From: the human T2T-CHM13v2.0 reference genome, Homo sapiens | Strand: one strand, 5' to 3' | Assembly (NCBI RefSeq): GCF_009914755.1 | Contig: NC_060928.1 | DNA length: 64,000 bases | In this document: one piece after another, positions 15,110-27,620 of the stretch | How the letters are laid out: every line of letters begins with the position of its first letter | Position numbering within the stretch: position 1 is the first letter of the stretch | Position numbers and translations under genes: made by a program | Notes under the pieces: model-generated | Database searches by the model: none | Seen by the model: only the letters and a program-made list of their open reading frames with translations | What the model was told of the DNA's origin: nothing

Positions 15110-15859
15110 AGAAACAGATATTTTTTAAAAGATCAAGCTAAATTGATAGCATAAACGTTTGTTTAGCAAAAAGACCAATTATTTGAAAATTCCACAAGTG
15201 TGTTAATCAGCTATTTTATTATTAATAATCTTCAAGGCAGCAGTTTTAAAGCCTGGTTTAAAGGGAAAAGGCTAGGGGTCAGGGAACAAACTCCCTAAAA
15301 CTGTGGGGGGAAATGCTGTGGATGTGTCTATATTTTCATTTGTTCTCATGAAAGGGTCCACAGTTTTTATGTGATACTAAAAGAGATTTGTGCACTGATT
15401 CTGTGGTAGGCACTGGGATAAGTAGTGAATGGATCTGTTTTTGCCTTTGTGGAGGAGGGAGACATTAATCAAGTAACAATGACTACATAACTATAAACTA
15501 TGTGATTATAGGCTGTAATAAATACTATTTTAAAAATATGGGAAACTATAAAGCATTTACTACAAATATTGGGTCTAATCCAAATAGGTCAGAAAGTCTT
15601 GCCTGAGGCCTTGCCAAAGCCACTTGACACCCAAATTAAGATCTGAAGAGCTAGCACCTCAGGAAAGAGGAGACAGGAAGGCCAGGTTAACCTAAAGGTG
15701 TGTGTGCAAGGGCCCAGGAGCAGAGGAAACACGATGATGCCCAGGAATTGGAGAAAGTCTAGAGCACTGGAAGCACAAGATCAAGAATCATTACATTAGA
15801 TGATGCTGAACAGGGGCTATGGGGCAGAGATTGCAGGTTGTGATAAAGATGTGGTCTTG

Positions 15860-16262
15860 AAAATCCTGCATGTTCTCATTTATGTGGGAGCTAAACGAGT
15901 GGATCTCATGGAAGTAGAGAGAAGAATACTGATTATCAGAGGCTGGGAGGGGCAAGGGTAGGGAGGATGGAGAGAGGATGGTTGAGGGGTACAAAAGCAC
16001 AGTTAAATAGAAGGAGTAAGTTTTAGTGTTCAATAGTACATCAGGGAAATTGGAGTGAATAACGATATATTGTATATTTTTTAAAAAGCTGCAAGAGAAG
16101 TACTGTATTGTTCCCAATAGAAAGAAAAGATAAATGTTTGAGATGATGGATATCCCAATTACCCTGATTTGATCATTACACATTTTGTACAGGTATCAAC
16201 ATATAACACATGACCCCAAAATATGTACAGCTATGATATGTCAATAAATATAACCTTCAAAA
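15860..16262 (+). mobile_element. L1MA-type 3' UTR fragment
   Basis: gcatgttctcatttatgtgggagctaa...gatgatggatatcccaattaccctgatttgatcattacacatt...atgtcaataaa. Confidence 0.85.
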
Positions 16263-16342
16263 AAGATTTTTGTCTTATTTTACAAGCAATGGGAAATCAC
16301 TGAAAGGCCTTTATGCTGGAGACTGACATCAGCTCTGTGGGG

Positions 16343-16503
16343 TTTTTTTGTTTTTGAAACAGGGTCATGCTCTGTCACCTAGGCTGGGAGTGCAGTGGTG
16401 CAATCCTAGCACACTGCAGCCCTGAACTCCTGGGCTCCAGCGATCCTCCTGCCTCTGCCTCCTCAGCAGCTGAGACCACAGGCGTGAGCCACCATGCCTA
16501 GCC
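16343..16503 (-). mobile_element. Alu right monomer (FRAM/AluJ-like)
   Basis: T tract followed by gaaacagggtcatgctctgtcacctaggctgggagtgcagtgg...ccaccatgcctagcc. Confidence 0.88.
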
Positions 16504-18815
16504 ATAGATTTGGATCTATGTTTTTAAAAAATATGCTTGAAAGTAATTTATAGAAAAGATTATGAAGAAAGGAAATGGAAGGAGGAAGAGCAGAGAGAAG
16601 GTTATCTTATTAGTTGGAAACAGTATCCAAAGTACCTTGGTTTACTATTTGATTTAAATCAAATACCATATTAGGAATATAATCTAGAATACATCATATT
16701 GCTTAACTGAATTATTTTAAAATATAAATCATTAACGGCATTCCAAAAATTGTATATTTCAATTCCTAAATCATCCATATTTATTTTCTCTAACTTTAAA
16801 AGGAAATGACATATTTCTCAAGAGACTCAGTATACCAAAATTCCCATTAAGAGGTTTGGCTTGAAGATAAAAACAACATTTTAATTATTAATATGTTTTA
16901 AAAATGAATATTACCTTTCAAAGAATATCTGCTTGGCCTAAGTATTTCTATTTAATTTATTTTAAAGTATGCAGTTCTAAAATTTAGAGGATCTTAAAGA
17001 ATCCTGTTTGATTTCAGGGTTATGATAAAATACATAATACCAATAAAACCTGTTAAAGTAGTATTAATTTATTTAGAATAGTAAGTACAAAACTATAACG
17101 TCTTATTGTTTATTGTTGTTTGATAAAGACTCAGGGAGGATAAATGAACTAAGGATAACTTTTGCTATGTCCAATAGTATAATTATATGTTAGTCTATCA
17201 AAAATATTATAATTTTGGCAACCACTGAAATATTGTCATGTTCCTACAACTGTACATTTTTCTGGTAAAGTTTCTAAATGCAGGACTATGTTTAGAGTCA
17301 CATTGTATTCCTTGAGAACACATGTTGGAACGACCCCTACATTATTTTGCTGTGCTTTTAGGAAATAATCAGAATGAATTGCATCTGGCTAAGCTTAACT
17401 AACTATGATACTAAAAGAAATGATAGCAGGCCCCAAAGCATCACCTTTTAATTTTTTTTTAACCTTTAGAGTTGAGGCAGAGGCAAGCTGAATAGAAAAT
17501 TTAGCTTTATAATTTATTTTTTGTTTCTTCTTGCAAGTCTTAATCTAAAATGGCTTGTTTCTTTATCAAGTGGGTGAGCAATATAAAGAAACTCAATTTT
17601 TGAAAAGAAAGCAATTAATTTGGGTTGTATAATAAGACAATGTCTCCAAACTCAGAGGCCAAATGATCGTAACAGTAAAAATTTTGGAAATATTCAGCTA
17701 GCTGAAAAAATGTAGTTCATGGAATTGAGATAGTAATCTTAACTCTGATTTCTATTAATACTATATTGAAATAAGAGTAGGTTTTATTACTGAAAACCAT
17801 GTAGATCAGCTAAAGTTTGCATAAAATTAAAATGTGAATTTTCTGTCATACCACATCATACAAATCAAATCTAACACCACATCTTTCAATTTCATTTTTC
17901 ATTCTCCAGGTCAAAGAACAGTTCTGAATTTAGCCAGATTTACGTGTGTGAGTCTAACTCCAAAAATAGCTTAGAAAGGTCATTAGGACAACCACAGTTT
18001 TGTCTTTCGGGAGAAGTTTGCTTCAGTCCAGCCCACGGGACTGGATTTCTCCAAACATTTCTGTTCAGAGGCCAGAGGTGCACACAATTTCAAACAACAC
18101 TTTCATGGTTATCGCCAGCACATACGCGTGTTCCACAGCCAGCCTCCTCTACCACGTAAGGCCCACAAAGCGGGTTTATGTGTCTGGTCTGAAAATCCCT
18201 GATCCAAAGCCAACCTTAAGAGACATTTCCTGGTTATCAGAAGCTTACCATTTAATGAGATAAACTTCCCAGTTTATTCAAAACATCTGAGATTTAGTGT
18301 CAGAGTTATTTCCTTTGCTTTCGACAGGAAGACAATAAATTTCTTCAGTGAGATGGCTTATTTCAATACTATACCACTGTTTCACAGAACACACGCATTT
18401 AATTTTACACTTTGAATACTGTTTGCACTGTTATCTCCACCATCTGAAAACTCACCCATTTAAAAGTATTTTATTGCCAAATGAACATGTTTATTCTTGA
18501 AGATCAACACACACACATACACACGTACATGTACACACATACATATGTATATTTATTGTTTTCTGCATGAGGCTTTGACTCCACTATATGAAGAGTTTGC
18601 AAAGTAATAAAGCATCAATTACTTTCTTTGTGACACTGTGTTGTCAAACACACAAAACACTGAAAAACTGACTTCATTCCCCTAAAGAAAATATAAGAGA
18701 CCCTGAGTTGAACCAAGTTAGTTTAAAGCAACCAGAAGTTTAAACACATCATCCCCAAAGTTAAAGCTTCTGATTAAGGGGGCTCTCGCAGGTAGCAGGA
18801 ATGGGCAATACCCAC

Positions 18816-19006
18816 CGTCTTGCTGAGGTAGCTCGTGCTGGTGTTCATGCACTGCAGCCCCTCACTATTGCAGCAACCCCCACATCTGTAGACGGACACA
18901 CATGGAGGTTTAAAGAAGGTGTTTGTCGCGACTCCAAACTCCTTCCCCACATCTATACACACCTCCCGTGGCATGCATTGAGTCTTTCTCCACTCATTAT
19001 CAATAC
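18816..19006 (-). CDS. VEGFC: VEGFC coding exon 3 (191 nt): core PDGF/VEGF cystine-knot domain
   Basis: Translates (S)IDNEWRKTQCMPREVCIDVGKEFGVATNTFFKPPCVSVYRCGGCCNSEGLQCMNTSTSYLSKT, with the PxCVxxxRCGGCC family signature. Acceptor ttgacag|GT, donor ACG|gtgggt. Confidence 0.99.
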
Positions 19007-20571
19007 CTGTCAAGTCATAGGGAAATCAGTAAGTTTTACGGAAACCACCAAGATAAAAAAAGCCCACAGCAGCTGCAAATCACTCACATTCATTTCAGAT
19101 TTTAACATTTAAGTTCAATATATAACTAAAGAGACAGCTGATGGGATCCTAAATTGACTTGTGAATGAGAATGATATAACATTGAAAAGACAAGCTAAGG
19201 ATATTTCTTAAACTCATTTCTATAGCTAGGCAATAAGAAAAATTAGCATTATGCTTTATTAAAAGTACACCAATATCCCACAACACTAATGTTTGGTTTT
19301 TCTTTCTTAGGAAAATGGTAATTTAATATATGAATGTTTATAAGATGTGCAGAGAGAGTCATGTTCATTCTCTATAGTATGGGCCATTTTTGTGCTCTCA
19401 ATGCAAATATAAATATAATTTTATTTTTCTTTAAAACTGAGTTGCATATGAGAAGACAGCTATGGTTTTAGATTCAAGTCAAACGTCCTTTTCAGGCGGA
19501 CTATTTGGCAACCTTGAGTAATGTCGTGGCCGCAGCTACGTAAAATACAAGGCTATTTTTCACCAACTGGGACTCATTCTGAACTTTCTTCAGCAAAGTC
19601 AATATTTCCTATCCCTTTTAACTCTCCTCTGGAATTTTGTTTCTGATGAGTTAGTAGCTTACCTATAATACTGTTGACTTTTTAAATTCTGCATTACAAA
19701 TAATGTACTTCCTAAGTATACTAGTTTACTTATCCCATATTTCCCCTAAAATAGAATTTTTGGAAAAGGACATAAACTATTGGTTATACAACCATGAAGC
19801 CATTTTGTTTGCCTCTGTTCTCAAAATACTTTCCAATATCAAACTTTTATAGCGATTAAGAGCTACCAACTGAAGGCAAATATGTTTTTAAATTACTCCA
19901 CCACTTTTTAATTTTTTTTAATAGAGATGAGGTCTTGCTGTGTTGTTCAGGCTGGTCTCTGACTCTGGCTTCAAGCAATCCTCCCACTTTGGCCTCCCAA
20001 TGGTCTCGGATTACAGACACGAACCTCTGTGCCCAGTCATACCCCACCAATTGATGCTATGACATTTTATGCAACATGATCATTTTTTGTGAAGCTTTAT
20101 GCTAGATACCTCATCAGCTTAAGTCCCGCTCTGAGCCAGTTATCTGTGAAGCAGCAAAGCAACAAGTGACATCTGAAAAGGTGATTTCAAATGAAGCATT
20201 TCTCAATCCAAATCAGATAGGAAATTAAGGTATAATTATTTGATAAGATAAAGAATGTTTAAGTTATTAAACAGATATAGTATGTAAAATATAGCCATCT
20301 GTTTTAAAAATTTTCCAATGGCTATCACCTGAAAAAATAAATGTGTGTTGTTTATGCATGGACCTATCTATCCTGTATTTTATGAAGTCATCTTAATACT
20401 CAAAGTGAAATCATAAAATGTTGTATTTTGAAGTAATTCTTTATTTTCTATTTGCTTTCCGCCCTAAAGGTGTATTCGGTGATACAAACACTGAAATTAA
20501 AAGAACCAGGCTGGCAACTTCTACTGGTTTGATATATAAGGCTTACTATACATTTTATTTCCCATACTTAC
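19007..20571 (-). other. VEGFC: VEGFC intron 2 (1565 nt)
   Basis: GT...AG interval between exons 2 and 3. Confidence 0.95.
19905..20038 (-). mobile_element. Alu left monomer (FLAM_C-like) in intron 2
   Basis: tagagatgaggtcttgctgtgttgttcaggctggtctc...cctcccactttggcctcccaa. Flanked by tactccacca / taccccacca. Confidence 0.85.
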
Positions 20572-20785
20572 TTTTCAAGATCTCTGTATTATAATGTGCT
20601 GCAGCAAATTTTATAGTCTCTTCTGTCCTTGAGTTGAGGTTGGCCTGTTCTCTGTTATGTTGCCAGCCTCCTTTCCTTAGCTGACACTTGTACATTTTCC
20701 AATATTCTGGGTAGAGTACAGTCATGAGTTCATCTACACTGGACACAGACCGTAACTGCTCCTCCAGATCTTTGCTTGCATAAGC
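20572..20785 (-). CDS. VEGFC: VEGFC coding exon 2 (214 nt): N-terminal propeptide and activating cleavage region
   Basis: Translates AYASKDLEEQLRSVSSVDELMTVLYPEYWKMYKCQLRKGGWQHNREQANLNSRTEETIKFAAAHYNTEILK(S). Acceptor tttttctttgacag|GCT, donor AA|gtaagt. 214+191 nt keeps the frame. The KFA/AHYN region is the established ADAMTS3 processing site. Confidence 0.99.
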
Positions 20786-22384
20786 CTGTCAAAGAAAAAT
20801 GCAAGATCAATGACTTACCAGCTTAAGGGATTTAGAAACAAATGCACTATAAAACGGTTAGGTTTAATAGTATCTATGCTCCGTTCCCTAACACAAATAT
20901 TATTAATTACTCCTAAATTACTTCACTTTCCTTGGTAAAATTATATTTGTATTTTAATTTGTATGAACCAAAACAATTAAAAATACATATTTTGTTGTTA
21001 GGAAAAAAATTTTGTGATATAATTTTAAAATAATTTTAAGGTAGCTTATTTATTTTATTCATAGCTCTTTCAAATAATTGGTCAATTTGTATGTTTGAAA
21101 ATTTATTCATTTGTATCACTCTACTAAACAGATAAAATTACACTGAAATCCACCCTAATGCTTTGCTTTATTTTTAGTTACCAGCAACAATACAATATGC
21201 TTAAGCAGGATGCTTGAGAGTAGGAATTTTACTTTCATGGGAGCTATTTTAGAACAAATAATCATATGAAGAAAGGAATTTCAACAACATTGTCACAGTA
21301 AGATTTATATTTTGGCAGAATCTCTCAATATTTAAAAGAAAATTTTATCATCAAGATTAATACCACCTTCATAGAAATGAAATAGTTCAGAGAACACTAA
21401 ATCTTATTGACGGCTAACTGCATACATAAGTATACTCATTTAAGTAGAACATTCCAAATTATATTTTAGTAGTTACCATATCTAAGAAATAAATACAATT
21501 TTTTTCTAATTATGCTTTAGAATTAGGAAAAAGGAAACTTGTATAGCTTTATCTATCTGCCAAGTAAAATACAACATCAATTGTTTATTTTATATTGTCA
21601 TGATTATCCCAGCTTTTAAATATAAATATGTAAGTAAATACTTTGGACACTGGTTCTCAAAGTTTAGTCGAATAAGAGTCAATGAACTAACTGTCAGAAA
21701 TGCAGGTAACTGTCCCCCACCTCTCCATGGTTTCTTGGGTGGATCAAGAACCTACATTTTAACAGATTATAGTTTTCCTGTCTAATTTTTGAGCACAAAA
21801 TGAACATATTTGCCTTAAAATTGAAATCTTATTTAATCTGAAAAGTATTTTTCACTTCTATTTTTAATAATCGAAGTTATTCTATGTAAGTGATTTTTGT
21901 ACCATATATTGAGAAACATAATCTAATCTCATTTTTTAATTTCATTATAACAGAGCCTCCTAAAAATAAAAGTCAATTATTAATATGAAATGTGTTGTTC
22001 CCTATTAGATAATGAAGTTGGCTGTGAATGTTGAGTTTACCCTTTCACTACCATTTATGGTATGATTTGAGTATATCACTTAATCTCTGTAGGTCTATGT
22101 TAGAAAAATATTTATATTATTCCATTACTTTCTGAAGTATATGGGATGATTCCTGATACACCATACAGCCATAGAAAATCTACTGAATATGGGAAGGGTG
22201 GAGGTGGAGAGGAGATCTTAGTTTAAATGAAAGTTACAAAACATCCTCTCACAGTTTCCCAATTAGATGTTTATAAAATATTTGCCAAAAAAACTCACTT
22301 ATGACACAACATTCAAAACTCAAAAGTGTTTCAGAATCTCAAAAGGTTACTACTGAAGGGAAAATTTATAAAAGTGATTATAAA

Positions 22385-22531
22385 AATAACAATATGTGAG
22401 GTGATGGATATGTTAACATGATTATGATAATCATTTCACAATGTACATGTACAGCAAAACATCGCATCACATACCTTAAATATATACCATTTTTATTTGT
22501 CAGTCACACCTCAATAATGTTGGAAAAAAAA
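22385..22531 (+). mobile_element. L1MA/MB extreme 3' end
   Basis: atgtgaggtgatggatatgttaa..aatcatttcacaatgtaca..atttttatttgtcagtcacacctcaataa followed by an A tail. Confidence 0.8.
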
Positions 22532-23345
22532 CAGTGTACAGGTGTATTTGTGGTCACTGTTACCTGCAGTAAAATGTGACAGATCAGTTTTTGTTTGTCT
22601 CTGCTTGTTGAATAGCCCTAGAAGAAAAGGAGCAATAGGGACCTGTGTGTGATTGGAAGGTTCCTGGAACTCTCCACTACAAGTCAGCTGTGATTCAAGA
22701 CAGGTTGTGACCTAAACTGATCACATCTATTTCCAGAACAGGTCTGCATGTTCAGCCTAGCAAGAGGAGCTGCAATACAACATCCTTACACAATATAATA
22801 AAAGATATTCACCGAACTGTTAAGAAAGGGATGATGGTAGACAGAGACTTTCAATTAAGTATTATTTGAAGTTTTAAGACAGACAAATTAGTACCGTAAA
22901 ACTTCGAAATGAGAAATAACTATAACAATATTTATATTTATTAAAAAAACACTGTTCCTCAATAGATCAGCTGGAGAAAAACATAAGCATAACATTCACA
23001 ATAGAGAAAATGCAATATTAAAAAATGAAAAAAGTAGAAAAGCTATTATATTTATACTCTTAGGCTGAAAAAGGCCTTTTTAAAGTGAATATAAAATAAA
23101 ATGAAAATTTTTGTATGGCAGAAAACACTGCAAACAAATTAAAAGACAATAAAGTACGAAATTATTTGCAATATACATAATGGATAAAAATGGACTAATA
23201 TTCTTAAAACACTGCATGAATACTGGTGCTTCAATAGAAAGATGGACAAAGAAGGTGAACTGAATATTAACGAAGAAGAAATATAAATAATACATATTGT
23301 ATGATGGCAAAAGTGAAAGAAACTATAATTCTTTTCAATCCTTTT

Positions 23346-23499
23346 CAATCTATATCTAAGAGACCCCCAGACTAAAGTTCAAGTTCATTCTTTTAACAAA
23401 TTAGCACCTAAAGTTTTCTTGCATTTGTAGCAATTAGCACCTAATTTGTTAAAAGAATGAACTTGAATTTTAATCTGGGGGTCTCTTAGGTACAGATTG
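23346..23499. repeat. Inverted repeat with 59-bp arms (55/59 matched) and a 36-nt spacer
   Basis: 23346-23404 is the reverse complement of 23441-23499 apart from four transitions. Confidence 0.97.
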
Positions 23500-23799
23500 G
23501 TTTGAGGAACCTGAGTAGAAAGATATCACTAAAAATGGACCAAACTAGAGGTTTTCAGGGGAGCCAGATAATATCAATGAGAAGATGCATGACTCATTAG
23601 TTTTTGAGAAAAGAGGATTTCAAACCCAATTTCTCCTTCAGTGGAATCCGTGAAAGTGGATGGAAAGGCCTGAATAAATAATGTAAACATTGCTTAGCTA
23701 TTCAGAAGATAACATATGGAGAGAAGAAAGAAAACACATTCATTGAAAAAAAAAAACTCTTCAGAGAGCTTTTTTTTCAGAAGAAAATATTTGTGATCA

Positions 23800-24800
23800 T
23801 AGATGAAGCAAAGTTTTCTTACACTTAATACCAATAGCAATTTACATAATTTTTAAAGTGACAAATTATATTTCCAGAAAATCGAAATATTCTGCTTTCC
23901 ATAAAACACACAAATGATAAACAGTGAGAAAACATTTACAAAGCACATAACTGGTAAAGACTTGTATCTGAAATATAATCAAAAACACAAACATGGACAA
24001 ATGATTCGATCAAACTCACCAAAGAAGATAAGCAGTTTACAAACCAACAAAAAGAAGTAATATAATGCATTAAATTAGAGAAATGCTTATTAAAACCTTA
24101 ATAAGACACCACTCCACACCCATTAGAGTGGATAAAATTAAAAATACAACCCTAAGTGCTCACAAGGACGTGCAGCAACTGGAACTCTCACATGTTGCTG
24201 TTGAAAATGTAAATCTGTACAGCCACTTTGCAAAAACAGTTGGGCAGTTTCTCACAAAGTTAAACATATACTTACTAAAATTTCAGTCCTGTATAGTATC
24301 TGTTTAGGTGAAACAAAAACTTATGTTCACATAAAAATTTGTATGCAATATGTTTATGGAGGGTTTACTCATAATAATGAAAACTGAAAACACCCAAATG
24401 TTCTTTAGCTGGGCAAATGGATAAAATGTGATTGTACATTCATGTAATGGAATATCCAACAATGAAAAGAAGACTACTACTGATATCTGCCACAATAGGA
24501 ACAAATCTCAAATGCATTAAAACAAGTAAAGCAAGCCAGATTCAAAATGCTACATGATGTGTGATTCCTTTATATAACATTCTTTAATAGGCAAATCTAC
24601 AGGGGGAGTAACAGAAGTCATTGTAAAAGGCTAGAGGCGGAGAATGAGTATGACCACAAAGTGTCACCAGGGAATATGTTTGGGAAGGGGAGAAGTGATG
24701 TATCTTGACTGTGGGGATGGTGGTTATACAACTCTAGTTGTCAAAACTCGCTATAAACAGTAAATTTCTCCATATGTAATTTCACCCTTATTAAAAAGAA
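23800..24800 (+). mobile_element. Old L1M (ORF2 end and 3' UTR)
   Basis: attagagaaatgcttattaaaac..aggacgtgcagcaactggaactctcacatgttgctg..tacagccactttgcaaaaacagttgggcagtttctcacaaagttaaacata. Start approximate. Confidence 0.8.
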
Positions 24801-27404
24801 TAGATCCTAAATCTAAATTTTAAATACACATAAACTGAGAGCTAAATAGAATTTAAAATTTCATCTAAAAACTTAAACCCAAAGAAACTAAAAGGTAAAT
24901 TTAAAGGGGAGACACAACCCTAATGCTCTTGATTTCTCAGCAATCTAAAGAACTTTAAAAAAATAATTTTGCTTTCATTCTAGAAATAAATTGCTTGGTA
25001 CAAACAGGATTTTATGAAATTTCTTTTTTGTTGTTTTCAGATGGTAAGACCTTATCTTCTGAGACCTCTGAGTTGACAGCAATATTAAATTATGTTGAAG
25101 ATCTTGACAAAACTAGTAATCTGTGGTCTTATTTGTGTTTTGCTTCTAGTCACCAGCTAGGTAACTTTGAATAAGTTACTAAAATTCTCTGGGTCTCAGT
25201 TTCTCCATTTATAAGACAGTGAGTATAATAACTGTAAAAACTTCTATTGCTTTATGTTTTTATACATAAACATACAATAAGTATGGCCAAGTACAATAAA
25301 TAAAAGATTAAATAAGAAAGTCACCAAGTTACTTCTAGTTTAGGTGAAATCCACATGGTGTTTGGTTATATTATTATCTGTAATTTTGGCAAATAGTTTA
25401 TAATTTGAAGCATATTTAGCAGTTACTGTAATAAATAAATTAGTTATTAAAAACCAAGAATTTAGCACTGAGTTTGTTCCACTACAAGTGCTCAGCAAAC
25501 AGACTACACTATCACATTTTTATGTTAGAAAACCTATCTTTAGACTAAGAAATATACGCGAGAATTTCTAAAACAAATAACGTTCACCTTTTGAAACTAA
25601 AAATAACCCCTTTTGTGGACAATCAATGTCAAATGTGAAGTCATTATGAACTAAGTGCAAAAACTGAGTGAAAGGAATTTGCAGACTTTAAGAAACTGCT
25701 AAAAATAGCAAAAACTAAGTGGCAGAAGGAATTTACATTTCTTTAGGAAACCTAAAGGAATGTAAAAGTATTTGAAAAGAAAATGTTTAGAATGAACATG
25801 TGCGTTTATTATACATTCATATCCAAAATTGAGGGTTTCAGTTATAAAATGGCTGTGGGAAAACAATCAACAGACTTCTAAGCATGTAATTTTATAATAA
25901 TATTTTTTAAAATTTAAACTGATAATTTTATGCCTTTGTATGAAAGCAGAAATTAAATAAATGTAATTTAAAAGCATTCAGCCATTTTTTTTTTCTTTTT
26001 ACTTTCAATGACTGGCAAAGCAAATGTTTCTGATTTTGCCAAAAATGCTATCTATAGATGATGAAGAGGCCAGTTATTGCTTTGAAAAAAGGGTCTATTT
26101 CAAGCCACCTCTGTCATGGAATTTTGCTGTTTTCAATCTGTTTCATCTCCTCTGGGAACTCCTTCCTACATCACTTTCTAACTGTAAAATAAATGATCCA
26201 AATACAATTTTTAAATCCCCATGTTCTATTATAATTTCTGAAAACCAGTCTTTCAGGTATAAATGGAAATCTGTCTTCTGTTCATTATATGACTTTAGAT
26301 ATTTTTAAAATATTGTTCTTTATCCAGCACTTATAGCCTGTAATTTAAGACTACTTTGCTTATCATTATTTCATCAGGGTAATGTTAGTGATTGTGTATT
26401 TTTATTTTAACAATTTAAATTTCCACTGTTTGGATGTAAAATGACAGCATTCTGACTCATCGGTCTTTGAACCGATAAGTTTCACTATTCACACATAAAA
26501 CAGGAAAGAAAAGAAGAAGACAAAAAAATTACTAGTGGATATATGCCAGGACCACCTTTTCTTGTTTCAGCACTGGATGTTTTGGACAGAGGCTCTTAGA
26601 GGAAATCTTCCCAGAAATTAAATTCCTATTTTTGCCCATTCTGGTGTGTAGGAAGAGTTCAATGGAAATTGTGAGACACAAAATGTAAGAGGTTACATAT
26701 GCAGGCTTCTGAACAGGGGCAATTTTGAACAGAATACTGCAGGGTTGAAGTTGGACTCTGGAGAATTTACCATTGACCTGAAAATGTAAGGGGCCATGGG
26801 ACCACATAACATCATGCCAGCTGCTTCAAAGAGGTGCCTGCCATTTAGGTCATTTTCAAAATCATCATTTGAGAGGACTGTGAAATTGTTTCAGTGAATT
26901 ATATAAAATTGTTTCCTGTAATCTTTCAAAATGTATTTTATGTAAATTGGCACATTTAAATAGCCTTCTATAATATCTTAAATAGCAAAGCCTTTGGAAA
27001 CTAATTTGCCTTAATTGAAATAGGTGCACCTGTTCATTCAAAAGCAAATTTACCTCATTACATGCTAGAAAAAAGACACTATCTCCACCTTGAAGCCCCA
27101 CCTCGAAGACCCACCTCCTCCATGGAATCTAGACCTAAAAAGTACTTCTCAATTAGGAGAAAAATCTTGGAAGTAATTTGCACCTAAGTCACTAGTGCAA
27201 AAACAGAAGACCACATGCTTTTGGACAATGATAGCTTTGAATTTCACTGTTTCTTAAAGTTCCCCCATATTTCTAGAAAGCTTTCCTAATAAAATGCCCA
27301 TATTTTGTATAAATATCCTATAGGTAAATTTTGTAGTGTTTTCTCTTGATTTATATAACTTTAAATAACTACTTGTCGGCCTATGCATATAGGCCGATAT
27401 ATAA

Positions 27405-27620
27405 TAGTTAAGAGACTAGCTTTTAGACTTGGAATTTTACTCAGCTGTACCACTTATCACCTGTGGAACTTGAGTACATCATTTCCTCTCACTGTGCCTC
27501 AATTAGTTCTATATAAAAAATATAATAGATGCACCTGCCTTGTAATTTCTTGTGATGATTTAAAAAGATGTGTTTATAGAATTTAACATAATGCTTAGTA
27601 CACGTAACACTTCATAAGTA
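27405..27620. mobile_element. MIR
   Basis: ccacttatcacctgtggaacttgagtacatcatttcctctcactgtgcctcaattagttctatataaaa. Confidence 0.65.

Noticed and set aside
18774-19013. ORF-track termini for the VEGFC exon ORFs (also 20555-20746)
   Set aside because: The starts and stops do not match the splice sites; the true exons are defined by GT-AG boundaries and frame continuity.
18801-19112. 103-aa ORF antisense to exon 3
   Set aside because: An expected shadow of a GC-richer coding exon, with no promoter or splice support visible.
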